Below, in pieces: positions 9,926-20,593 of a stretch of 64,000 nucleotides of DNA. Under the pieces are notes generated by a model. The model did not search any database. It saw only the letters and a program-made list of their open reading frames with translations, and had not been told where the DNA came from. The stretch's first letter is position 1. Each line of letters starts with the position of its first letter. The position numbers were made by a program, and so were the translations under genes. The stretch comes from a virus: positions 32,001-96,000 of IMG/VR virus record IMGVR_UViG_3300032401_000690; one strand, given 5' to 3'.

Positions 9926-10673
9926 ATTTTTTTATAATTTTTTTTAAATAGGTAAGATCGTAAAAATCACTTTCCCATATTACTTCTAAATTATAACCAT
10001 ATTCTTTTATTTTATCAACTCTAAATTTATCCTCATCCCAAATATTCTTTGCGGTTTTTTTTTTATGGGGGTGAAAATAATCACTATCGTATTTTAATGG
10101 GTTACAATGCCAATAATCACCATTAAATTCTATAATTAAATTATATTTTTCAATATAAATGTCACAAACATATCTACCAACAGAAAAAGATCCTTTAGGG
10201 TTTTGTTTCATTTTTTTTAATTCTGTTAAAAGTTTTTTTTCTTTTTTAGAGACAGGTCCTTGTTTTGGAAAATTATTAGATATTTTTTCAGATATTTTTT
10301 TTAATGTTTCTTTAGTGTGTTTTTTACCAAAAAATGGATTTGATTCCCCCTTTTGTTGGTCATTACTACATTTTTTACATAACGAATCTTTTAATTTGTA
10401 ATAATTTCTACAAGTAATTGATGAGTTATTTGATGACACAACCACATCAGTCCCACATTTAGGGCATTTCCTCATAATAACATATTTATCATCATTTTTA
10501 ATAATCTTTAAAGATTTACATCTATCTCGTTTCCTGATAAGATTATGTTTGTTTAAAATGGTAAGTATTGTTGGTTTTGAAACATTTAACATTTTTCCAA
10601 TCTCTATGGAGCTTTTTCCTTTATTATATTCACTAATAATAAAATTTTCATTAAGGGTTAATTTTGGTGGCAT
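9909..10673 (-). CDS. Putative homing endonuclease (Vsr/DUF559-like with HTH and NUMOD3)
   Basis: NPFFGKKHT NUMOD3; CDIYI...IIEFNGDYWH...IWESD nuclease motif. Confidence 0.8.
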   Translation of the reverse strand: MPPKLTLNENFIISEYNKGKSSIEIGKMLNVSKPTILTILNKHNLIRKRDRCKSLKIIKNDDKYVIMRKCPKCGTDVVVSSNNSSITCRNYYKLKDSLCKKCSNDQQKGESNPFFGKKHTKETLKKISEKISNNFPKQGPVSKKEKKLLTELKKMKQNPKGSFSVGRYVCDIYIEKYNLIIEFNGDYWHCNPLKYDSDYFHPHKKKTAKNIWDEDKFRVDKIKEYGYNLEVIWESDFYDLTYLKKIIKKYERKN

Positions 10674-10730
10674 AAAGAACAGTTTAATATAAATATCATA
10701 GGTCCTATCAAAAGGTAAAATATCAATAAC

Positions 10731-10760
10731 AAAAAACCCCCAATCTTAAGAATGGAGGTT
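10731..10760 (-). terminator. Possible intrinsic terminator
   Basis: Minus strand AACCTCCA...TGGGGGTT imperfect stem followed by T run, downstream of ORF 10793..11413. Confidence 0.4.
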
Positions 10761-10792
10761 AGCCGATGTAATAAAATACAAAGGGGTGCGTA

Positions 10793-11413
10793 TTATTCTG
10801 AAACTTTACGAACTCTTAAAAGTTTTCCCTCAAATATATGTTGGCCAACTCTAAATTTAAAAACCTCATTTGATTTTTTTGTGGATTCTACTAACAGACC
10901 ATTTTCTTTAAGAACGTCTTGTACTGTTTCTCTAACGATACTTCTAATATCATCTGCAGATATTGATACTGATGGTTGTGTTTGTTGTGTTTGTTGTGTT
11001 TGTTGTGTTCTTTTTGGAACGTTTTCATTAATTAAATCACCATTTGCCTTTGTGTTCATTAAACGAGATGCTTTCTCAATTAGATCACTTGATAACACTG
11101 AACTATTTACCGATGAGTTTGGTTGTTGTATTGGGTGTTCCATCATTAACCTTTTAATTTCATCTGGTAGTTTTGAATTTGCTATTCTATCTGCCGATGG
11201 AACTTCTGTATTCATTTTTTGTATTGGAGCTTCTGTTAGGTATTCCTGTGGTAAATTATAATTTGCCGATACTGGTGCGAAGTCCTCAACCATTGGTGAT
11301 GACATTGATTGTGATGGAATTGATTGTGATCCACCTCTACCCATTGTATCATGCTTTTGCATGATTTGTTTGGATATAATTAACTTATTTATTAAATCTT
11401 GTTCTGCTGACAT
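10793..11413 (-). CDS. Hypothetical phage protein
   Basis: 206-aa ORF in a compact operon; contains a QQT microrepeat. Confidence 0.7.
   Translation of the reverse strand: MSAEQDLINKLIISKQIMQKHDTMGRGGSQSIPSQSMSSPMVEDFAPVSANYNLPQEYLTEAPIQKMNTEVPSADRIANSKLPDEIKRLMMEHPIQQPNSSVNSSVLSSDLIEKASRLMNTKANGDLINENVPKRTQQTQQTQQTQPSVSISADDIRSIVRETVQDVLKENGLLVESTKKSNEVFKFRVGQHIFEGKLLRVRKVSE
10976..11009. repeat. 9-bp coding tandem repeat (TTGTGTTTG x~3.8; TQQ)
   Basis: Seen directly in the sequence. Confidence 0.8.
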
Positions 11414-11414
11414 A

Positions 11415-11822
11415 TTAAACTATATTTTGTTCTTCATTATTATCAAAGACTGCGTTAACGATAACACTATTCATACTTTTATCCCCATTTGGGTTATACC
11501 CTTGTCTTGGTTCGTTAAATGTATCTGCGGTTGGTCTAAAGGAAACAATTTTATCTACTCTAAAAAATCTCCAACTTGGTAGAGGTTTTTTACCTAAATA
11601 CGCTTTATGTGAAGCTCCTTCTAAATCCCACGCTCTTAACACAGGATTACCCGCTTTACTATAACCAAAACACACAGGTTCTATGGTTCTTAACCCATTT
11701 CCCCCAGGTTCATCACCTTGGTAATATATTACAACCTTTTGTCTTTTCTTAATTGCATCAACGATTGAGTCTATTGATGCTACCTCAAGAATAAGTTTTT
11801 TTAAAGAGTTGTAAAGTTTCAT
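11415..11822 (-). CDS. Stand-alone WYL-domain protein
   Basis: VVIYY...RTIEPVCFG...LRAW...WRFFRVDKI matches the WYL pattern. Confidence 0.75.
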   Translation of the reverse strand: MKLYNSLKKLILEVASIDSIVDAIKKRQKVVIYYQGDEPGGNGLRTIEPVCFGYSKAGNPVLRAWDLEGASHKAYLGKKPLPSWRFFRVDKIVSFRPTADTFNEPRQGYNPNGDKSMNSVIVNAVFDNNEEQNIV

Positions 11823-12109
11823 TATACTGAAGGTGTGGTATAAGGTTTATCTATTTGGAATTCATTAATTTTAATTTCATTTTTTCTTTCCAAAGTATCT
11901 ACCGATGAACCACCTTTGCTTGTATCCAAGAAAGATCCTGTTCCTTTACCGAACTCATCACCATCTGACATTGCATCTTTGTTTGTTGATGAATATTGGT
12001 TAACGGTTTTATAATCATTTTTTGGGATTAATTTTTGTCTTTGTTGTTCTGCTATTTGAGATAATTCATTATCTGGTTGTGCAAAATCTAATCTTTCTGT
12101 TTGTGCCAT
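11822..12109 (-). CDS. Hypothetical protein
   Basis: ORF translationally coupled to neighbours. Confidence 0.65.
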   Translation of the reverse strand: MAQTERLDFAQPDNELSQIAEQQRQKLIPKNDYKTVNQYSSTNKDAMSDGDEFGKGTGSFLDTSKGGSSVDTLERKNEIKINEFQIDKPYTTPSV

Positions 12110-12110
12110 A

Positions 12111-12578
12111 TTAAATTAATTTTTTCATTATTTCGTTTATTCTTTTAAGGCTTTCCGTGATTTTAATATCATCATTATAACCCGAATGACTTTTGGCGTC
12201 TCTATTCATATTTGACAACCATCCCATATCATCAACCAATTGGTCGTTTATATCTTCTGGCATTACATCTTTAACTTCTTGATTTGTATGAGTATTGTTT
12301 CTCATATGGTCAATTGTTGTTGTGATCCAATTGCTCATATAATCACCACCATTTAATATAAATGGGGCATCTTCCTTTTCTCCCTCATAATGTTTAAACC
12401 AATTCTGTATTCTTTCTAACTGTTGGAAGGTAACTTTGCCATTATCTCTTAAGAAATTATTTCTTTTGTGTCCTTCAATTGTTGCATCAGAATTTGGAAC
12501 TTGATCAAAGCAATGATGTAAATGTTTAATTACTTCTTCTGGTAATTCAACAACTTGTCCGTATAATTCTTTATTCAC
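12111..12578 (-). CDS. Hypothetical protein
   Basis: ORF in operon. Confidence 0.65.
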   Translation of the reverse strand: MNKELYGQVVELPEEVIKHLHHCFDQVPNSDATIEGHKRNNFLRDNGKVTFQQLERIQNWFKHYEGEKEDAPFILNGGDYMSNWITTTIDHMRNNTHTNQEVKDVMPEDINDQLVDDMGWLSNMNRDAKSHSGYNDDIKITESLKRINEIMKKLI

Positions 12579-13548
12579 CTACTTTAAGTATTTTAATTAA
12601 TTGATTTATATTGATCCCTTCTTTTTCTGCAATTCTTTTAATTGATTGTAAGTTTCTTTTCAATATTTTTGTTACGGGTGTTTCATCATCACCATCTTTA
12701 TTTATAACGTCTTCAGAATTCTTTTTTTTCTTTAAAAGAATTTCATCAATCATTTTAATCATTTTTTCTTTTTCAACTTCGGACAATCTTCTTTTGGTGA
12801 AACAATTTTTACATATTCCTCGTTTCTTTTCTCTTTTCAATTGATCGTCAAGTTTTGGATCAAATCCCATCGTTTCCAATCTATCGTTTCTTTCAAACGG
12901 ATCTTCAATACCCATTTGTTGTAATACCTCATCGGCATCATCATATGTTTCTAAATCTTCTGTTTCTTCATATCCAAACGCATCGGACATATTAATTTCG
13001 TCAAGTAATTTTTCATCTTCACCTTCAAGTGACTCACCATAAAAAACTCTATAACCACGAACAAAAGGATTGTTTGTTTGTCTTGTTGCTATTACGGTTT
13101 GATCTTGAGTTTTTCTTGGGTGTAAACCTAATTGTAAAATAGGAATTGCTGAACCACCAAAGGTACCATCTGAATCAACAAGTTCGGTCATTTCACCATC
13201 CGTTGTCTCTTCTCCCTTATTTTTATATTTTTCAGGTATTTTTGTATTTAATTTCATTCCCAATTTTTCACCTAACTTCACAATAAATGGTGTTGCAATT
13301 GTTGAACCTGGTATGATTTGAAAGGCAATAAGTGGTATTAATTTTAAAAGGTCGGATGATTGATCTTTAATAAATTCTTTATCCTCCTTATCTATTCTAA
13401 AATCTTTATTTTTTAAATATTCTTTTGCCGAAGACATTAGTATTCTTACTAATAGTCTTGTTTGTTTTACCTCACTAACGGCAATATTTTTATACCTCTT
13501 AATATCAGAAGTAACCTTATCTGTTGTTTTATTTTTTGTTTCGTCCAA
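12571..13548 (-). CDS. Hypothetical protein (start uncertain)
   Basis: 325-aa ORF, TTG start in the ORF track. Confidence 0.65.
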   Translation of the reverse strand: MDETKNKTTDKVTSDIKRYKNIAVSEVKQTRLLVRILMSSAKEYLKNKDFRIDKEDKEFIKDQSSDLLKLIPLIAFQIIPGSTIATPFIVKLGEKLGMKLNTKIPEKYKNKGEETTDGEMTELVDSDGTFGGSAIPILQLGLHPRKTQDQTVIATRQTNNPFVRGYRVFYGESLEGEDEKLLDEINMSDAFGYEETEDLETYDDADEVLQQMGIEDPFERNDRLETMGFDPKLDDQLKREKKRGICKNCFTKRRLSEVEKEKMIKMIDEILLKKKKNSEDVINKDGDDETPVTKILKRNLQSIKRIAEKEGININQLIKILKVGE

Positions 13549-13641
13549 AATGTCGTAGGTTTTATTCCATTTTTAATTATGAATAATCATAAGTTATTTT
13601 TACAATAAATACTTTGTTTTGTTGTATTTATTTAAAAAAAG

Positions 13642-15864
13642 ATGGCTCAACAGAATATTAATCAATACGTGTATCCGAAATTACGATTAAATGTCGTAAA
13701 TGAGTGTATGGATATGTCCTTGGCGTCCGATGAGGTGAATTATAATCAAGAGGTAGTTTTCTCACCATATTTGATTGCAGAAACTTTTGGAGATAGATTA
13801 CCAATAAATATAGATATTAATAATTCGGGAACAACCCAACCATTAAATCTATTTTATAAACAATATGATTATAATAATATTTTTGTTTCTCAAAACTATT
13901 ATAACCCAGATAATTTAGATTTATCTTGTTTTTCCTCATCAACGGCTTGTGATATTGGTTTAACGGGTATTGATAATGGTTTGGTAACTTCTATGACGGG
14001 AGAGACGATTTATTTTACAAATGGGTTATACGATGAAAGTTTAAAATTTGAACGATTATATTTTGATAGAAGATTTAAAATGTTCCAAGTAACGGGATAT
14101 ACATCTCAAAATGAAAGATTTTCGGCAATACCTGACACAACACTATATGAAGTGGTTAGTAAGTCGGGAACAACTGTTGGTAGATATCACGAATTATATG
14201 GTGGGTTCTACCAAGGATTTTATAAATTATTTGGATATGATTACAATATTTTTCCTGAACGGATGAATAAAGGTTGGGCAGTTGAGATGTTATTAAAACC
14301 AAGATTAATTAATGAATATTTTCCATCGTCAGGTGAAACAACTCTAAATGAAATATACCCACAAAATAAGGACATTTTCTTTTATTTTGGTGCAAGGGCT
14401 GAGAATAAATTTTATCATCACGCTGACGGAAATCCAAATTGTTTTACGGGATATACTAGGGTTACCAGTGGTTTAGAGAATTGTGTTGAAACTTGTGGTT
14501 GTTGTAATAGAACAGTTACAAATAGTAGATGTATATATGTTTATCCACCAAGATCTGTAAATAATCAACACGATCCTCATTTAAATTATGGTTGTGATAT
14601 CTGTGGTGGAACTACGGGTAAGACAATGACTTGTGGGTGTGATTGTAATGAACAACCTTGTGAGATATGTGGGTGGGAATGTTTTACACATACTTGTGGA
14701 ACAATAATAGAACCAACACCAACACCGGTTCCAACACCTGAACCAACACCAACGTGCAATACTTTAACTCCTGTTTGTACTCCAACTGTTTGTGTTACTT
14801 GTACGGGGTGTACTGAATGTATTGATTGTGTAACGACAGGATTTACATCGGTTGAGAATACTTGTGAGACAGATCCATTATTTGATTCAATATCAAATGC
14901 TTTATCCGTAAAATTATGTGGTGATCATAACAACCCACAGATTGGTGTTAAAGTTTTAAGATGGACTGGTGAATGTGAAACAACAGGAACTTGCGTTACA
15001 GGACAAACTTATGTTACCGGATATACGATAGATGAATATTGTTCTCCTCCGATATATCCTTACTGTTTATTAAAAAATCCTCCGTATTTGTTATTGGAAC
15101 ATTGGTTTCAAGTTGATGTGGTATGGGAAAGATATACTTGGTTGGATATTTGTGATTTATGGTGGAGAGGTGGTCTTGGAGATATTACCAAAACGGAATA
15201 TTTGGATTCACTTTCAAACAATACTGTTGCATTAATTAAACCACCGATCACTAATGGTAAGGAAGTTGCTGAAACAATTGACCTTGTTAATTTGGATCAA
15301 CCTTGGTTAAATGATGTTAATTTTAGAATGGGTAGATTAAAAATCTATGTTAATGGAAAGATACATTATACGATAGAGAATTTTGAGGAGATTATACCTA
15401 GAGCGTTAAGTACCGATAAGGAAAGACAATTGGGTGTTCCATTTAACATATCTTGGGGTGGTGGAACTCAGGGTCTTCGTGAGAATTTAACATTCTCTGC
15501 TTGTTCTGCAACCACGGGTCAATACATTCAAGATCCTGAATCATTTCCAAATAATGTGTTAAGTGGTTCATCGTTATCAGGACTTAATACCAATATTTTA
15601 ATTGAACAAAATTTTGCCGGAACATTTGAAGGTGGAATCTCACAATTTAGAATGTATACAACACCTTTATCAGCACCTGAAGTTAAACATAATTTTCTTT
15701 TATTAAAAGAAAAATTTAATATGTTTAACCCTGATTGTCCTGATTGTAGTACAACAATATGTCTTCCTAACGATTTTACATACGTTTTGGTTGATCTTAA
15801 CTATTTAATAACTCAACAAGGTTTTTACATAACAACACAAAATTATGAGAATTTAGTTGCATAA
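13642..15864 (+). CDS. Putative virion protein, LamG/concanavalin-like fold with Cys-rich and PT-rich insertion
   Basis: LKIYVNG and FEGGISQFRMYTTPLSAPEVKHNF LamG-like end; central CxxC clusters and PTPTP. Confidence 0.55.
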   Translation: MAQQNINQYVYPKLRLNVVNECMDMSLASDEVNYNQEVVFSPYLIAETFGDRLPINIDINNSGTTQPLNLFYKQYDYNNIFVSQNYYNPDNLDLSCFSSSTACDIGLTGIDNGLVTSMTGETIYFTNGLYDESLKFERLYFDRRFKMFQVTGYTSQNERFSAIPDTTLYEVVSKSGTTVGRYHELYGGFYQGFYKLFGYDYNIFPERMNKGWAVEMLLKPRLINEYFPSSGETTLNEIYPQNKDIFFYFGARAENKFYHHADGNPNCFTGYTRVTSGLENCVETCGCCNRTVTNSRCIYVYPPRSVNNQHDPHLNYGCDICGGTTGKTMTCGCDCNEQPCEICGWECFTHTCGTIIEPTPTPVPTPEPTPTCNTLTPVCTPTVCVTCTGCTECIDCVTTGFTSVENTCETDPLFDSISNALSVKLCGDHNNPQIGVKVLRWTGECETTGTCVTGQTYVTGYTIDEYCSPPIYPYCLLKNPPYLLLEHWFQVDVVWERYTWLDICDLWWRGGLGDITKTEYLDSLSNNTVALIKPPITNGKEVAETIDLVNLDQPWLNDVNFRMGRLKIYVNGKIHYTIENFEEIIPRALSTDKERQLGVPFNISWGGGTQGLRENLTFSACSATTGQYIQDPESFPNNVLSGSSLSGLNTNILIEQNFAGTFEGGISQFRMYTTPLSAPEVKHNFLLLKEKFNMFNPDCPDCSTTICLPNDFTYVLVDLNYLITQQGFYITTQNYENLVA

Positions 15865-15900
15865 CTAAAAATGTAAATATTTATAAAAAAAAACAAAATT

Positions 15901-18414
15901 ATGTCAGACGCTAGAATAACCGATTTACCATTAATATTATCAGGAGATATTAGATCTAATAACGTCCTACCAATTGTTGATATTGATAATGATATCACAG
16001 ATAAAATCACATTAGACCAACTTAGAACTTATGTTAATAGTGGTGAAACATTTTTATATGAAGTGGGTTCAGGAACTTGCTCAACTCAAAGAGTTGGTGT
16101 TAGTGGATCCGCAATTGGTGATTATTCTATAGTTGCCGGGGGATTAAATAACACATCAAGTGCGCCTTATTCAACCGTAAGTGGTGGTTATTATAATACA
16201 AGTTCGTCTGACTACGGATCAATCGGAGGTGGGGCAAACAATACAATATCAACATATTCTCGTTATGCTACAATTGGTGGTGGTGACGATAACACAATAC
16301 TTCCAAATAGTGAGGTAGGAACAATATCAGGTGGTGAAAATAATACACTTAGCGGTTGTTACTCATTTATTGGTGGGGGGTATAATAACAACATATTTGG
16401 CAATTATTCAACCGTAAGTGGGGGTTATAGAAACACATCAAGTGGAAATAATTCAACCGTAAGTGGGGGTTATAATAACACATCAAGTGGTTATAACTCA
16501 ACAATAAGTGGAGGTTATAATAACACATCAAGTGGTAATTATTCAACCGTAAGTGGTGGATATTATAACACATCAAGTTCTTACCAATCAACGGTAGGTG
16601 GAGGTTATAGAAACACAATTAATCAATTCTCAACTTGTTCTGGAAAATATATTATTGCCGGTAATACAGTTGGTGGTGGAAATAATAACTTAATTAATTC
16701 AAATAGTGCATATTATGGAGATGCTGGTGGTGTAACAATTAATGGTGGTTACCTTAATAGAACAAACTCAGGTTATTACGGATTTAACACAATAGGTGGT
16801 GGTGTAGGTAATGATGCAAACCTTGAATACTCAACAGTAGGTGGGGGAACGTTTAACTCATCAACACAATCATTTACAACAGTAGGTGGTGGAGCGTTTA
16901 ACACTAACTCATCATATGTTTCTACAATTAGTGGTGGTTATTGTAATACAATCGGAACTTTATCTTCTTATTATGGTCCTATTATAGGTCAAACTATTGG
17001 TGGTGGTTCTTGTAATACAATTTCATCATATAGTGGGCAATATTGTAATGGTGGGTCAACAATAAGTGGTGGATATAGAAACACAACAGTTTCTTCTTAT
17101 TATGGTGGACAAACAATTGCCGGGGGATGGTGTAATGTAACGTCAAGTAATTATTCAACCGTAAGTGGTGGTCGTCTTAACACATCAAGTGGTCGTTATT
17201 CAACGGTAAGTGGTGGTGGTGGAAACACATCAAGTGGTTATAATTCAACAGTAAGTGGTGGTTATAGAAACACATCTAGTGGTCGTTATTCAACCGTTGG
17301 TGGTGGTAGAAATAATTTGGTGGAAAACACACTTGATACAATTGGTGGTGGTTGTTGTAATACAACAATGTTAAGTGGTGGTTTTGTCGGAGCATCAACA
17401 GTATCTGGTGGTTATAGAAACACATCAGGAAATTATTATACATTTAATGGTGGTGGTATTAATAATATTACACTTGGAGAATATTCATCAATAGTTGGTG
17501 GACAAAATAACGTAAACTATGGTGGATATGTTACCTCCATTAGTTTTAATTCTGGTAGTTTATCTGGTATCACAGATAACACATATACCGTTAACCCAAC
17601 TAATTTAGGTGGTTATGGGTTAAACTTACAAATTAGTTTTGATGTTAATAGTGGTGTTTTAAGTAACATAATAATTTTAAATTCAGGTGTTAAATATGAA
17701 AATGGACAACAAGTTTTAGTTTCTGGTAACACTATTGGTGGTTCTTCACCAGAAAATGATTTAACTTTTAATATAGACGTTGCTGTTTATTCAGATTACT
17801 CAACCATTGGTGGTGGTCAAAATAACACATCAATTGGAAATTATACAACTATTGGTGGGGGTTCATTTAATATTGTTAATGGTAATGGGGCTACTGTTGG
17901 TGGTGGTGGTGGATCTTGTTCATTGTTTGGTAATAAGGCTTTGGGGGATTATTCAACTGTGGGTGGAGGTCGTAGTAACACATCAAGTGGGGATACCTCA
18001 ACCATAGGTGGAGGTCGTAGTAACACATCAATTGGGGATTATTCAACCGTAAGTGGAGGGATTTTTAACACATCAAGTTGTGATCTTTCAACGGTAAGTG
18101 GTGGATATAGAAACACATCAAGTGGGTTTAGTTCAACCGTAAGTGGTGGTTTAAATAACACATCAAGTGGTCGTTATTCAACGGTAAGTGGTGGTCGTCT
18201 TAACACATCAATTGGTTTATACTCAAGTGTTTTAGGTGGTTCTGGAAATACAGTTTCAAATGACTGTTCATTTATTGTTGGAGATAGTATTATATCCAAT
18301 AGAATTTGTTCAACATTTGTTAATAATTTATCAATTATGAATATACCAACAAGTTCCGCTGGATTACCAACAGGTTCAGTTTGGAGTAATCTTGGGATAT
18401 TAAATATTGTTTAA
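15901..18414 (+). CDS. Fibre/adhesin-like beta-helical repeat protein (14-aa YSTVSGGxxNTSSG repeats)
   Basis: Dozens of GGxxN repeats; phage fibre-like N-terminus (ARITDLP) and C-terminus (PTSSAGLPTGSVW). Confidence 0.7.
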   Translation: MSDARITDLPLILSGDIRSNNVLPIVDIDNDITDKITLDQLRTYVNSGETFLYEVGSGTCSTQRVGVSGSAIGDYSIVAGGLNNTSSAPYSTVSGGYYNTSSSDYGSIGGGANNTISTYSRYATIGGGDDNTILPNSEVGTISGGENNTLSGCYSFIGGGYNNNIFGNYSTVSGGYRNTSSGNNSTVSGGYNNTSSGYNSTISGGYNNTSSGNYSTVSGGYYNTSSSYQSTVGGGYRNTINQFSTCSGKYIIAGNTVGGGNNNLINSNSAYYGDAGGVTINGGYLNRTNSGYYGFNTIGGGVGNDANLEYSTVGGGTFNSSTQSFTTVGGGAFNTNSSYVSTISGGYCNTIGTLSSYYGPIIGQTIGGGSCNTISSYSGQYCNGGSTISGGYRNTTVSSYYGGQTIAGGWCNVTSSNYSTVSGGRLNTSSGRYSTVSGGGGNTSSGYNSTVSGGYRNTSSGRYSTVGGGRNNLVENTLDTIGGGCCNTTMLSGGFVGASTVSGGYRNTSGNYYTFNGGGINNITLGEYSSIVGGQNNVNYGGYVTSISFNSGSLSGITDNTYTVNPTNLGGYGLNLQISFDVNSGVLSNIIILNSGVKYENGQQVLVSGNTIGGSSPENDLTFNIDVAVYSDYSTIGGGQNNTSIGNYTTIGGGSFNIVNGNGATVGGGGGSCSLFGNKALGDYSTVGGGRSNTSSGDTSTIGGGRSNTSIGDYSTVSGGIFNTSSCDLSTVSGGYRNTSSGFSSTVSGGLNNTSSGRYSTVSGGRLNTSIGLYSSVLGGSGNTVSNDCSFIVGDSIISNRICSTFVNNLSIMNIPTSSAGLPTGSVWSNLGILNIV
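16400..16620 (+). repeat. 42-bp coding tandem repeats (further blocks ~17150-17300 and ~17945-18210)
   Basis: Recurrent ATTCAACCGTAAGTGG...AACACATCAAGTGG unit; boundaries approximate. Confidence 0.8.
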
Positions 18415-18426
18415 TATATTTTTAAT

Positions 18427-18888
18427 GTGAAAAGAATTGTTAAATACGACGGTAATGATGAATTACGTAAAAAAATAATTGAGTTTTGGGTTAGTGAGAA
18501 TGCAATTAACTTAGAAGAATCTGAACGTAGAGTTGATAATGTTATTTTTGTTGATTTTTATAATGATGAGATTATTGGGTTATGTTCTGGAATCCAAATG
18601 AATGTCCCTGAGTTATCCGGTAATTTTTTATATTACCGAACATACACTTCACCCAAATGGAGGAATCTGAAAATAGCACAAGGATTATTTAATGAGACGT
18701 ATAATTTATTAAACAATTCTGAAACAAATTTATCGGGAATATATGTGGTATTTGAAAGTCCGATCTTGAATGAGTTTAATAAAGAATATGTTCTTAAGGG
18801 TTATTCTAACTTAACATTAATTAAAATTAACGAACAAGGTCAACAAGTTAGGGTATCATATTTTGATAATAAAACCATAACACAATAG
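18427..18888 (+). CDS. GNAT-like acyltransferase
   Basis: EIIGLC and YRTYTSPKWRNLKIAQGL resemble GNAT motif A. Confidence 0.5.
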   Translation: MKRIVKYDGNDELRKKIIEFWVSENAINLEESERRVDNVIFVDFYNDEIIGLCSGIQMNVPELSGNFLYYRTYTSPKWRNLKIAQGLFNETYNLLNNSETNLSGIYVVFESPILNEFNKEYVLKGYSNLTLIKINEQGQQVRVSYFDNKTITQ

Positions 18889-18928
18889 GTTCAATTCACT
18901 TTAACAAATATCTTAATATATTTCAAAT

Positions 18929-19675
18929 ATGTTTGTAACTGTTTGTAATAAAGAATATCTTATTGGGTTTGAGGTGATGTTAAAATCATTAATTGATAAT
19001 AACCCAAGGGTTGTGAATGAAAATATACCAATCACAATTATAAGTAATGATATTAGTGAGGACGATTTGTTTGTTAGTAAACAAATTCATAACAACATCA
19101 CCCTTAAAAATTTCAATCAAACAAAATATTATGAAATTGATGGATTAAAGAAACAACAAAACTTTTTCGGAGATTATTTTAAATATGAAATTTTTTCTAT
19201 TGATGGTGTTGATAAGATAATATATTTGGATTCCGATGTTGTTATTTTGGGAAACATAGATTACTTAATTGATTATGATGGAGATTTTGGTGGAGTTAGA
19301 GATTTATATATTGACCAATACAATACCGGGGTTTTACTAATTGGCAAAAAATACTTGAACACAAATATCACAAATGATCTTATCAGTCAGACATTAATTT
19401 ATGGAATTACAGAACATTCGGATCAAGATATTATAAATAAATATTTTTATGACGTAATAACCGAAATCCCAATTTCTTATAATTATTTAAAGACATATTC
19501 AAAATCTTTATTCCAAAACACCGGATTACCAAACCATATTAAGATTTTACATTTTATTGTTAAAAAACCTTGGCAAAATAAACCATTAGTTTTATTGGAA
19601 GAAGGAACATTATGGCAAGAAAGATATTGGTTTGAATACCACTCAAAGATATTAAAATTAAAATATAATGGTTAA
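18929..19675 (+). CDS. Glycosyltransferase family 8
   Basis: IYLDSDVV, YNTGVL, DQDIIN, ILHF..KKPW. Confidence 0.88.
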   Translation: MFVTVCNKEYLIGFEVMLKSLIDNNPRVVNENIPITIISNDISEDDLFVSKQIHNNITLKNFNQTKYYEIDGLKKQQNFFGDYFKYEIFSIDGVDKIIYLDSDVVILGNIDYLIDYDGDFGGVRDLYIDQYNTGVLLIGKKYLNTNITNDLISQTLIYGITEHSDQDIINKYFYDVITEIPISYNYLKTYSKSLFQNTGLPNHIKILHFIVKKPWQNKPLVLLEEGTLWQERYWFEYHSKILKLKYNG

Positions 19676-20579
19676 ACGACATTATGATGAAAGTGAGTTG
19701 TTGGATTATGTTGAGTTGGAACCAAAGACGGAAACATTAGTTGATAAAACAATCTTACTTCATTTTGATTCTTTTTGTTTGGGCGATACAATTTGTTTTG
19801 CTTCATTAATAGAACCATTTATTGATTTCCACAAACCAAAAAAAGTTTTAATCTCAACATTTTTTCCCCATCTTTTAAAATCAACCAACTTAAGTTATGA
19901 ATTTATTAATGCAAATCAAAAGAAAAAGATTGTTGTAGATAAACTTATTAATGTTGGGTATGATAAGGGTAGTTTATCTCATACATTAGGTGGAATGTTT
20001 TATGCGGCAAAGGAAAAGTTAATGATACCCCAAAACACAAAACCCGTTAAACCACCGATGATATTAAAATTTAGGAACCCAAAACCTAATAAAATAACAA
20101 TTGCACCTGAATCATTAAAAGATATTGCCAAATGGACGAAGGATGGTTGGCAATCGGTTGTTAATAAATTGGTTGATCATAAGTATGATGTTTATAATGT
20201 ATCATATGAGAATACGATGAACTTACAAAATGTAACACCAATTCACGGAAATGATGATATTAATATTTCAATAGACCATATTTTGGATTCAAAATTTTTT
20301 ATTGGTTTATCTTCTGGTCTTGCTTGGGTTGCATGGGCATATGGTGTTCCCGTTGTTATGATCTCAGGTTTTACAAAAGACCATAACGAGTTTGATTGTT
20401 TTAGGGTTAGAAACCACAATGTTTGTAATGGTTGTTTTAACGTTGTTCAAAATATAAAAACAAAATGTCCGATATTTTTGGGAACAAACCGGGAAAATGA
20501 ATGTCATAAGACAATAACATCTGATATGGTTATAGATCAAATTAATAATGCAATCAAGTTTACAAACAACGAAAAATAA
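19668..20579 (+). CDS. Autotransporter heptosyltransferase-like (Aah/TibC-like, GT9-related) glycosyltransferase
   Basis: LGDTI; FFIGLSSGLAWVAWA..VPVVMISGFT..EF; C-terminal CNGC..CP..GT.R..EC.K.I Cys cluster. Confidence 0.75.
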   Translation: MVKRHYDESELLDYVELEPKTETLVDKTILLHFDSFCLGDTICFASLIEPFIDFHKPKKVLISTFFPHLLKSTNLSYEFINANQKKKIVVDKLINVGYDKGSLSHTLGGMFYAAKEKLMIPQNTKPVKPPMILKFRNPKPNKITIAPESLKDIAKWTKDGWQSVVNKLVDHKYDVYNVSYENTMNLQNVTPIHGNDDINISIDHILDSKFFIGLSSGLAWVAWAYGVPVVMISGFTKDHNEFDCFRVRNHNVCNGCFNVVQNIKTKCPIFLGTNRENECHKTITSDMVIDQINNAIKFTNNEK

Positions 20580-20593
20580 CTATAATTTTTTAT

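Noticed and set aside
16400-18210. 42-bp repeats as a CRISPR array
   Set aside because: In-frame degenerate coding repeats with no unique spacers.
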